A stretch of 63,958 bases of DNA, counting the filler, from Basidioascus undulatus (lineage: Eukaryota): assembly GCA_000826855.1 (NCBI GenBank). It is 3 parts of 3 records of this genome, joined end to end, with 100 filler letters (N's around TTAATTAATTAA, not from the genome) between each part and the next. Parts side by side here need not be neighbours in the genome. Positions count along the whole stretch, not along the records: positions 22,063 to 44,017 come from JTLS01000308.1; 2 more parts are not named here. One strand, 5' to 3'. A model generated the notes under the pieces. It searched no databases and was not told the origin of the DNA. It saw only the letters and a list, made by a program, of their open reading frames with translations. Position 1 is the first letter of the stretch. Each line of letters begins with the position of its first letter. The position numbers and the translations under genes are program-made. Shown piece after piece: positions 24,982 to 35,516 of this stretch.

Positions 24982-27148
24982 TCAGGCCTCCTTGCCCCAG
25001 ACCTCCTCGACAATCTCGAGCACGAGCGCCATCTTCTTCTGCTGGTCCTCGTATTGGACGGGCTGCAGGGGGAGGAAGGAAAGAGTGCGAGTGAGCATGA
25101 GGGTGAGCGCAAAGCTAATGACGCGCGAAGAGAGGGATGTGGATGTCGCGACTCACGTTGCCGTCTTCGTCAAACGCAATGGAAGGCAGAGTCAGCATGA
25201 GCGCTCGGGCGGCGGGAAAGAGAGGGGCCGGACTGACGGTGGGTGGACGCGAAACCGCACTGCGGGGAGAGACCGAGCTGCTTGAGGCCGAGCGGGGCGT
25301 GCGAGGCCGCGAGCTGGATCTTGGCCTTGATAGCCTCCTTGTCCTCAAGGGTGGCGACTGCGTAGTTGGATTTCGAGTCAGTGTCGCTGGACGGACGTGA
25401 CGCGAGCAGCGAAGCGGAACACTACTCACTCTTGGAGGAGATCAGGCCGAGGATGACGCGCTTGGACTCGTCCTTGGGGAGCCAGCGAAGACTGCAGCAC
25501 TCGACATGAGCTTATTAGCAAGAAGATGTAGCAGTGAGAGGACGCGAAGACATACGGAGCGAAGTCACCGGCACTGGAGGGAGAAGGCTCTCGTCAGAGA
25601 TGCCTGTCCGGCGGGCCTCCATTAAAATCGTGCGCGACGCACCGGTCAGACTCCCACTCGAGGAGGTAGACGTCGACGACCTTGATGTCCTGGAAGAGCT
25701 GTAAAGCTCAAACAGACCCTCCATCAGTACAGGTCCTGTTGCCCTGCGAACGAGACACGAAGCGCGCAATTGCAGGTGGAACGAATACTGACCGTCTTGG
25801 CGATGGGCTCGTAGCCGCCGGACGAGAACCACTGGCCCTTGAAGTTGCCGCGGCAGGCGTGCAGGCCGACGACGAGGTCCGCGGGCTTGTTGGCGAACGA
25901 GTCGTTGATCAGCTTAGCGTAGCGGTTGGGGAGGGTCTCGAGGTCCTCGCCACGAGCGACAGCGGCGGCGCGCATGTCCTCGCTGTGTGACGATGGCCAT
26001 GGTATTTTATCAGCGATCAGAATGGGTTGTATGCGAGTTGTGAGGTGAGGAGACGTACGAGCAGAGATAACAGAGGTTGGTGTCGTCAATCTGCGGATCA
26101 CACGTGGGTCAGTGAGCGGCGTAAACCACGCATGTCCGGGCACAACAGAGAACCAACCTGGATGAAGCGGCAGCCTGCGAAGCTATGGGTATCAGTACAG
26201 TGTCACGCGGCCGAGGAGAGAAGACGTTGCTAACCGGCGTCGTAGAGCTGGCGGACCTCCTCGCGGTAAGCGGCCGCAAGGTCCTCGAAGAAGTCGTCAA
26301 GCTGTATGGATGCGAACCGCAATACTCACGTCAGATACAGCCTCAAGTCAGACCGAGGCTCAAAATAACGCACGTTAGGGTAGGCCTCCTCGGAGATGCC
26401 GCCACGGCCAGCGCGGAAGTGGGCCATGCTGCAGTGTACAAGATCAGCCCCTTCAATCATTCTTCGAAGGAAGGAAAACTGCACGCCTACGTGGGGGAAG
26501 GAATGGCAACGCGAGCGACGCCGGCCTTGGCCTTCACGACCGAGTTGAGGTACTCGAAGTCCGGGAGCTGGTTCGGCTTGTCGTGCGCGATCTTGCCAAC
26601 GACGGTGAGGGTGGGGGGAACATACTTGGCGTCCTTGTCGGCTGAACATGCCCGAAAGCCATTCCGGTCAGCAGAAAGTCGACAGCTGAATCTGAGGCCG
26701 GCAGGAAATTGGAACGCACAGGAGCTGAGGGTGTTGGAGGTGATCTTGGTGCCAGCAAGCTTGGACATCCAGTCGACTGTAGCGACGATAGGGTGAGCTC
26801 AAGACGACCGCGGAGCTCTTCCAGAAAGATGCGCACGGTGGAAGTACGCGCGACTGCACGCGGTAGCCAAGCCAGTAAAGTCAATTCCCGCGAACCATGG
26901 GCACTTGCATTGTAATGAAGCAGGACTCACCGGAACTCGCCGTCCGTCACACCACCAATCTCGTTGCCCAGACCCCAGGAGATCTGGTCTTCGACGACCT
27001 CCTTGATCGCCTTGTCCTCAACCTGGCGGAGCTCGGCGTCGGTGATGGCGCCGTTGGCGTGCTTCTCACGGGCCGCAAGGAGGTACTTGGGGCGGAGGAA
27101 GGAGCCGACGTGGGAGGCGCGGGGGAGAGTCTTGGTGACGGAGGCCAT
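24982..27148 (-). CDS. Cobalamin-independent methionine synthase-like, single C-terminal barrel (MetE core / YxjG-like)
   Basis: HVGSFLRP, TDGEFR|RAYFHLDW, IPSPT|MAHF, GCRFIQ|VDD, Zn ligands LHACRGN, LLEWE and SPQCGFAST; many small exons. Confidence 0.88.
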
Positions 27149-30100
27149 GGTGCGGTACTGAGCTGGGAAGGTGGAAGGGGTGCGGAAGGAAGACGCAAAG
27201 GGAGAGGTGCGGCGGGAAGCGGGGGTCGCGGTAAGGGATAAGGCGGCACGGCAAACTCAGACGCTGGTCATGCTGGGCGAATGAGATGAAAAGTCAAGTG
27301 TTCGTGTTGGGTCGAGCTGCTGAAGGTTCTGCCGGAGCCGGACGCCGGAGCAAGTGCGAGCAAGGCCCTGTCTTGCGAGAGAGCGACGTGTGCGATTCTT
27401 TGGCCTCGGGACTATCGAGGGCAGCGAAAAAGAGCGTATAATCGGACTGGAGGCCGCTGTGAAGGACAAGGGCGACTGTGGGAGTGGAAGACGGTCATGA
27501 GAGTAGACCAGTCGCACAGTCGCTGCCTGTCCAAATTCAGAGACGAAGGACAGCGGCAATATGTAAGGCCGAAGCGCACGTGACTTTTCGCGCTTTCACC
27601 TCAGAATGTGTATGGAAGCTCAGAAACACGTTCAACAGCGTTATTGACAGCATGTTACACTTTCAATATCATGGGAAGAATGTATGTGACATTTTGCATG
27701 CCAAAATACAGAGAATGGCTCATCTGCCTGTGGCAGGGCGAATTCACCGGGGAGGAACTGCCATAACGATTAAACCAGGAACTGCAATCATTATCAAGGT
27801 TAAGGGGTTGGCAGACTGGAAGGACGTATTACTTTTGTATGGAGTGAGTTCTTACAGTCGATGGTAGATGGGCTGGTGTGCGTGCAGAGATGCAAGGATC
27901 AACCACACAGACGCAGTCCCCTCCTGTCCTGTTCCAGAAAGGCTATATGCTCTTCGTATGCTTGAGGGCCTTTCGCGACTGACACTATACCAATCTTTGC
28001 TGCCTGGGCGGACCTCTAGCCAACACGACTGCAGCGCAACGCGATAAGGCTGTGGCACAGCAGAGCGCCGACAAACCCTATCGGCTGAGGTGCTGCCATT
28101 TGAGTTGATTGGTTATACGGAAGATAGTTCCATTAGACACTTTTGATTAATGTAAACTCATCAAGCTGGACTGGGTAGAGACAAAGCTGGCGAGTGAGCT
28201 CATGCGCCGGTTGAAATTCAGATCCAGCAAGGTCTACAACCTCGACGGTATCACCCTACTGCACCGATCAAAGTGACCTCTATAATTTTCAAAAGTTTGT
28301 ATGTGGACAATACCTTAAATTTTTGGCTTCTTGTGAGTCCAGCAGTGCAGACCTCATGAAATTCGTAGCCATCTCCTGAGCAGACCAGTCCTAGCTCCAC
28401 TGGTTTCTGTTGGTTAGCAATGATCTCCTTTGTTTTTTAACACCATATATGACCTTTCGAGGCTGTTTGGTCAGTTTCACAGTTCTTTTTCTGGCCACGG
28501 ACACTGAAGACCTGGCGTGCTCTCTTCCTGGCGTCGTCCGTAACATCCTGCTCATCCGCTGATCTGGAGTACAATATCCAGAAGAGAATAGAGAATCCAG
28601 CTGTCCACACAGACTCTTTAGCAAGAGATGAAAATCCCCATTGTGAACATCCTGAAGGACACCTTCAGCCTGGTCCTACGTCCTCCATCCAGCCTGGTGC
28701 ACATCCAGCGCCGAAAAGTGTCCGATATGCACGTCTCTAGTTAATCACCTACAGGCAATGGCTTTCCAGGTTCTAAATTTTCTTCCGCTACAGGAACCCC
28801 TTCGTGTCGGCGGCGCTCAGCAACCCTCTAGTGAAAATCGACTGCCCGGCTGCTCGCGGCGTCGCACGTCGCGCGTCGCGCGTCGTTAGCCTCGTATGCC
28901 TGTCGCTGCTTTGTATCACTCCCGGAAATTACGGATTTGTTGCCCTTACCGCCTCAAATTTATGATGATAATGTTCCGTTTCATAAGAGTAAAGGGGGGG
29001 AGGGGCGGCGGAGGCGGCGAGCTGAAAGCCGCTTTTGCTGTCGCCAGCTCGTCCACTGCCGTCCTGCACAGCTTCGCTCACTACCCCCATTATCCTCTTC
29101 CCCCTCAATTTGTAAGTCCTCCATTGCCAGCATGGCAGCGCACTCGCGAAAAGAGGTGACTAGAGACGGCTCTGGTACACGCGGGTAGGAGCGCAGACGG
29201 CACAGCAATCCCCTCTGCCTCCTTACCTCCACGCATGGCAGGGGTCATGGGTAGGCGCTCGCTCCCCTACACAGCCGACGTGGTCAATTTTAAGCCACGG
29301 GCAGCTGGAGCGAGCGTCATGCTGCATGCTTATGGAGCCTCTGACGATCCGCGCTGCCAGAGCGCCAGCTCTAACCCGACCTTTGTTTCGAGTGCACTTG
29401 CGCGACGACGAGCACGCGTCTGACTTAGGCTTGGGCCAGGTTCATGCCTAAAATGTGAGAAAACTGAAGGATGAAGGACAACCTTGGTCCAGCACTTTCT
29501 TTCAGTTTCAGGCGGGTCTTGAGAAGCTCGACGGAACTGGCGGTTCCGTGAAGCGCCTTGCATGCTTGTGCACCCTCGTTCGAAAGGGCGGGTCTCAGTA
29601 ATGGAATAGGCCTGGAAGACTCAACCGGATGGGCTGTCTCCAAATAGACGGAGACTTTCTTCCCCAAATTTGCTGCGCTTCCTCCATCCGAGGCACGGCA
29701 TCCCTCCGCTAGTTCAAATGCGGCGTCGCGCTTCTGTCGAACTTGGTCGATCTCACACATCGGGACACCAGCCGGAGGCGAGGTCACCTTAAAACCTTTT
29801 GTACCCTTTCCCGTTCACTTGATCAGTCTTCGGGAAGTTTCTCGAGGGAGAAAGAGCGAAAGAGAGAGTCGGGCTTCGATGTGGTGCCGGGATGCGATGG
29901 TTCATTTCGTAAGGCCCGGACGACGTGAGGCAGTCGAGTGAGTAAAATAGCATCAACGGCAGTGCTTGCCCGAGTAAGCAAGGAGACTGCGAAGTGGCGG
30001 CGACGGTGTGCCCTGCATGACCCTTAATGACGACTGCGAATGTCGCTGCAAGACAGGAGCGTACGGCACGAAAAGAGGGATGATATCGTTATTAATGAGC

Positions 30101-31016
30101 CCTTTTAAATTGCCGAGAAGTGATGGAAAAATCATGGAAGACTCACTGTCAAAAGGTTTCAATATGCCAGCCAGGACGGTCGCGGTAGCGCACTCGCATC
30201 GCCTCCGTTGCACTTCCATCTCCTCTTCACATCTCGTAACGATGCTCGATTCGCCCTCATTACCTGTGTAATGATAGATTACTGGGTGGCTAAAATTGGT
30301 CCGTCATTGTCAGACTGCGCCAGTACTGCCGTGCGAATTCTCATTAGGCATCTAAAATCGACCGCGCGACCGCCTTCCAGGGGACCTCGGGACAAGTCCT
30401 TCTGGTGCGACCGCCACCTACAAATGCAGCAAGCCCTTCAATAACCCACTCTCCGTGTACAAGGCCTGCATTCTCAATCGAACGTGGATATTCACTAGGC
30501 AGCCTGAGCGAGGATGACGGCCAAGCTGGCTGATGCCGGTCGGGGAGACTTCGGATCTCTTGCTTCTGCCCTACCATCTGGCGACGTAATAAAAGGCATG
30601 GACAAGGCACAATGAAGCATGCGATAAAGAGAGGGCAGCGGAGCCGCCGGGGCCCGGGGCTCAGATCTCATGAGCGCATGAGGAGCAGCCTCAGCGCCTC
30701 AGCGATCGTACCTGAATGGAGTCGAAGCGCTAGTGCAGCAAAGATGCTGCAATTCGCCTTGTCGTGAACGCTCGAAGGTATTGAAGACTTCTGCGAGCTT
30801 CCGCAATACGTTCATAAGCTTTAATGCAATGCCAACACAGAAGCCATCAAGGCACTCCACAGAGCCCCGCTGCATGTCCTCCGAAGAAACTTCGGAGGCC
30901 CACGGGCTTGAAGGCACTCGTATAAATGCATTCGAGTCCCACAGCGGGGTTCCCAAAGTCCTCCGCGCCCTTCTAGTACTCTCTCTTTACGCCAGTCAAA
31001 GGCAACAAAACACAAC

Positions 31017-32413
31017 ATGCTGGTATCAACGGGCGTGCTCCTCCTGGCTTCAGCAGCGGCTGCGACCCCGCTGTCCCCCTCCTCGCTTCTCGCCCGCCGA
31101 CAGACCACCGTCTATACGCCCCTTCCGACATCCAACAGGGCGACCATTGGCTCGAGGCTGACCTCACCCTCGCTGGCGAGGCGTGCAACGCGTACAGCCC
31201 GGACTCTCAAACTGAAAGTGACGTACGGGACCGGTGCGTTGCAGTCGAGACGCTCTGTGCTCGCTGGACGACGTTGGGCGCGTTCAGCCCGTTCATGCGC
31301 AGCCACAACGGCGACACGTCGACCTTGCAGGAGCCTTATCTTTGGCTCACCGTCGCCGAGGCTGCGAGGAAGGCGTTCGACGTCCGGTACGTCTTAACTA
31401 CTGCTCCTTTCAGTCTCAAAGGACGCGACGTTGACAGCGCTTGCGGCTCCGAAACGTACCGCCTCCTGGACTACCTCTACTCTGAAATCCACGTCCAGCA
31501 CCTGGACGGCACACACATCCTCAACCCGCTCTTACAAGTACCCGTACGTCTGCGCCTTGTTCCATATCTCAGGTCGCTCTCGTCTAACGCCGTTTTCACA
31601 GGTCCGACCCGAACACCTACCCGATGACCACCAGTTCTTCTTTGGCTAGAACGTTCTCGTCTCCCCCGTTGCCGAGGTAAGCTTTTCTGTGACCCGGTTG
31701 GGCGTGCAACCCTCTGACAATTACCGCTACCGTGCAGGAGAACTCGACGACCGTCAACATTGTGCGCCTCTTATTCCCCCTTGACGCAAATTGCCGTGTA
31801 GTTGCTGAAACTTTCAAACTCTATCTTAGACCTCCAAAGATCAGTCTACGACTTCTACACTTACGCACCCGTCCGCGGCTAGGGTCAGAACATCACCCTC
31901 GACAATGTCGTTCACAGACATTCCGCTGCACATCAAGCGTGGCGCTGTCCTTCCGCTGCGTGCCGAGAGCGCAATGACCACCACGGTCCGTTTCAGATTT
32001 CACTCTTCCTTCCATATCATCTTCGCCGTTCATCCCTGTCTGCATGGCGAACAGCAGCTTCGCACCAAGCCCTTCCGAGCTCGTCGTCGCTTCGAGCCTC
32101 ACGTCCGAGGCGTACGGCGAACTGTACATCGACGACGGCGTGAACATCGAGCAGGAGTCGACGACATACGTCAAGTTCTACTTCTCCGAGAACAAGCTCA
32201 ATGTTCAGGGCAGCGTGGACTACACCGAAGGCAGCACGGTGGTGCAGTCCGTCTCGGTACTCAACGTCCAGGCCGCGCCGGCGGCTGTTGCGATCGATGG
32301 AGAGGAGATCAGTGGGGACGGAGTGGAGTATGATGCGGAGAACAAGGTCGTTCGTGTTGTCTTTAGACGCGCAGCTGCACGACGGCATGGCCGTTGAGCT
32401 GAAGAAGTACTGA
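31017..32413 (+). pseudogene. Secreted GH31 alpha-glucosidase with most of the catalytic barrel deleted
   Basis: Signal peptide, then ADLTLAGEACNAY...LKLKVTY joined directly to LCARWTTLGAFSPFMRSHN...QEPYLW, YRLLDYLY, QFFFG*NVLVSPV, IPLHIKRGAVLP, AYGELYIDDG. No WxDMNE nucleophile motif; in-frame TAGs and frameshifts. Confidence 0.88.
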
Positions 32414-32897
32414 GGTGAGCTTTCAGCTCTGCAGCTCGATTCTTTGGTGACTCGTTGAGCTGACAATTTGGAGGTTATAAGCTACAGAGGGTACAAGTAG
32501 CATAGAAAGAACACAAAATAGCTATCCTACATAAAAACAGGGAGCCTTGACACATGCGCAAGTACATGACTACGTAATGAACTAGGCTCAGAAGCGTGCC
32601 GCTTTTGTCGACATTGCCAATACCGGAACTCTTTAAAGAAAACCTGATATTATAGACACAAGCAGTTCACGAATCCTGACGGTATACCTGCTACCCTCCT
32701 AATGTCGACAATGTCCAGGCATCGCCGCCCTCCCTTCGGAGTCAGGACGAGTCGGGACTGCCGTATCGAAGTGCCAAATATCTCAAGAATGCAACCTTAA
32801 GTACTCGGCTGATCTTTCACCCATTGCAATGCCAAGTTTAACGTCGTTCGGACTTCATCACGTAGTCAGAGATGTATAATTTAATCGTGTTTCACAG

Positions 32898-32980
32898 GTC
32901 GTGTTGGCGCAATGGTAGCGCGTCGGTTTCCGATTTCGGCTTTCTACCGGAGGTTGTGGGTTCGAGTCCCATGCACGACT
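32898..32980 (+). tRNA. tRNA-Arg(CCG) with 11-nt intron (32934..32944)
   Basis: Acceptor GTCGTGT/GCACGAC, D arm GCGC-AATGGTA-GCGC, anticodon stem TCGGT/ACCGG, loop TT-CCG-A, T arm GTGGG-TTCGAGT-CCCAT, T-rich 3' flank. Confidence 0.85.
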
Positions 32981-33453
32981 TATTTCCTTTTGCTGACCAG
33001 CTGAAAGAGCAGCCTGTATGTAGTTAAGCAGTCGCGCAGCTCACTCTGTAGTTACATCTGAAATCAAGCCAACATTCCACCAATCGAAACGTTCACGGAT
33101 ACATGCGAACGCTGTGGCCGTGGATACTTGGGGGCATGTCAAGAAGTCGTGCATGCAGGTGGTGAGCTGCGGCATGCCTGTCGTCCAAACTATCTCGACT
33201 GACATTCTGAGGAAGAGTTCGTCAGTTACTTCCCTTTGATAAAATATGAAATATAATCCTTCTGGGTGCAGTCTGGGAGTTTCTGGGAGGTGTAACAGAC
33301 TATTTGGCACTGCAACGATGCTGTCCGCCGAATCTAAAAGCCTAAATGGGAAGGGGCGTGTTCACTGTAAGCGATACCTCCCAGCTCCCCCTGCCACCTT
33401 CCCCCTCCCCACCTTCTCCCCACCATCCCAACTACACCCTTTGCCGTGCCAAT

Positions 33454-35112
33454 ATGCCCCGGGCGAGTGCGCCAACGAGCGCGGCGGTGTCTGCATCGGC
33501 GAACCAGCATGAGGCATACACGCTGAACCTGCTGAGCGCGTATACGGACACGCTCGACGCCTTACCGATCGAGCTCGCACGCAACTTCCACGACATGCGC
33601 GAGCTCGACGCCGTCCTTTCCAGTACGGTTCAATCCTCTTTTTCACTGCAGGAGCCCCACCGTGCTGACACGCGAGTGAGGTTGCGCAGCGAACCTGCAG
33701 AGCATGACCCGCGCCATGGAGCGCCTCAGCGCGCTCATAGAGGACGAGCAGGCCACGCCCGCAGAGCGCTTTGAGGCCCTCCGGGAAGCCGCTGAGGAGG
33801 TCAGGCTGTACAAGCTTGGTGGGGAGGACAAGATCAGGGTTGCAACCAATACTTGCGAGTCGGTGCGTGTGTTCTCCATTCTTAATGGGAACTCCGAACG
33901 AAGGCCTGACTGGGGATAACCTGTGGTTCTGCCGGTCGAACAGATCCAATCCCACACGACCTACACCGACCACGTTCTGCTCCACCTCCTCTCGCACGAC
34001 CCGTCCCTCTTCCCGCCTCCCCCGCAGTTCCCCCCCTCCGGCACGTCCCTCCAGCAGATCGCGTCCCTCACGCAGCTCGCCCTGCCGTCGTCCAACCTCG
34101 TGCCCTCCCGCCGGCGCTCGAGCGCGACGGGCCTCGCCCCGCCCGCCGTCGAGCCGACGCCGACCAAGAAACGCAAGGTCGCGGAGACGGGCTGGAACGA
34201 GAGCGCGAACAAGAAGGCTGCTGCCGGCTCGGGGAAGGGGAAGGAGGTGGACCGCAAGGCGGGAGGTGGGAGCGGAGGCGCGGGCAAGGCGAAGAAGAGG
34301 TGCGTCGGGTGTTTGCACTCTGACTAGCAGGATCTGAAACCCCACCCCTCCCCACCGAACAGCAACGCCCACGCCGACGGCGCGTCGCCAGTGCATCACG
34401 CCCCCTCCCCAGCAGACAGCACCTCCACAGCCGTGCATAAGCCTTCCACGGCAAAGGCGACCGCCACCGCGGCGGCAGCGCGGCGTGCAGCGCGGCAGAA
34501 CCAGAACAATGCGCACCACTCGCCGCCGCCGTCGCCGACCGCGACGGGGTACGACAGCAGCACGTCCGTCGCGCTCGAGCGTCCGAAGCGCAGCGGAGGC
34601 GGAGGCGGAGGCGGAGGCGGAGGCGGCGCTGCGGCGAAGGCTGCGGCTGCTGCTGCGGCGGCGGCGGCGGCGGCAGCAGCAGCGGCAGACGAGAGCGTCG
34701 TGCCTGCTGATGTTGCTGTTGCTGGGGCGGACGACGTAGACGAGACGCTGTACTGTGAGTCCTTGGTTTTCTGTGACGAGGAGTAGGGCAGGATCTGATG
34801 GTATTTGGGTGGGGACAACACAGGCTACTGTAACCGCGCCAGCTTCGGTGAGATGATAGGCTGCGACGACGAGAACTGCGAGCGGGAATGGGTGCGTCTT
34901 CTTCCCACCCATATTCTCTTCCCCTCTCGCTGTATGCTTCATTCTGGCTCCGTTTCTCACTCGCGCCTTCCCTTTGCGTGCTCGACCCCCAGTTCCACCT
35001 CCCCTGCACAGGCCTCGATGCTCCACCGGACGGGACGTGGTACTGCGATGACTGTCTGGCGCGGCGTAACAAGAAGAAGGGCAAGAATGGCGGGAAGGGC
35101 GGGAAGAAGTAG
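33454..35112 (+). CDS. ING-family PHD-finger chromatin protein (Pho23/Yng-type)
   Basis: YTDTLDALPIELARNFHDMRELDAVL, EDKIRVA, PHD finger LYCYCNRASFGEMIGCDDENCEREW|FHLPCTGL...GTWYCDDC, basic tail. Confidence 0.92.
34594..34688 (+). repeat. GGAGGC and GCN repeats encoding poly-Gly/poly-Ala in the ING protein
   Basis: (GGAGGC)n followed by GCG/GCT/GCA runs, in frame. Confidence 0.85.
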
Positions 35113-35516
35113 GGCGCACGGGGGGCTTGGGGGTCATCCGAGGATTGGAAGACTCTTTTCTGCGTGTTGGTTCGTCTGTTGTACTCGGCTGTGCTATTTT
35201 TGCATCTGGACTTGGACGTGCTGCGTGCCGCTTGCCTCTGTGGAGGACGCAGGCTCCGGCTGGAAGTGGCCATTCCCCTTGTAGTTTTGCCGCGCCTGCG
35301 AAACATCCATGCACGACAAAATGCGAGCGCATGCATGACAAGAGAAGGACCCGATGCAGGCAAGTCATCTTCTACTAGGGCGGCAAGGGGAATCATCCAC
35401 GGAACAGAAAACGATAAACGATGTGCGAGAATGCGGGTACAGACTGGAACTAGAACTGGGTATGCAGGTTGACAGGGGGTAAAGAACGAAGCTGCGAAGA
35501 CTGGAGAAACCGAAAA

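Noticed and set aside
31640..31885. In-frame TAGs in GH31 as A-to-I editing or readthrough sites
   Set aside because: They are not at positions where I expect Trp, and they co-occur with frameshifts and a large deletion. Such editing is established for Sordariomycetes and some other ascomycetes, not basidiomycetes.
33362..35396. Long antisense ORFs (668 aa, 442 aa), and similar ones at 3327-4364, 42264-43208 and 60932-61681
   Set aside because: Shadows of GC-rich coding sequence on the opposite strand; low complexity and no motifs.
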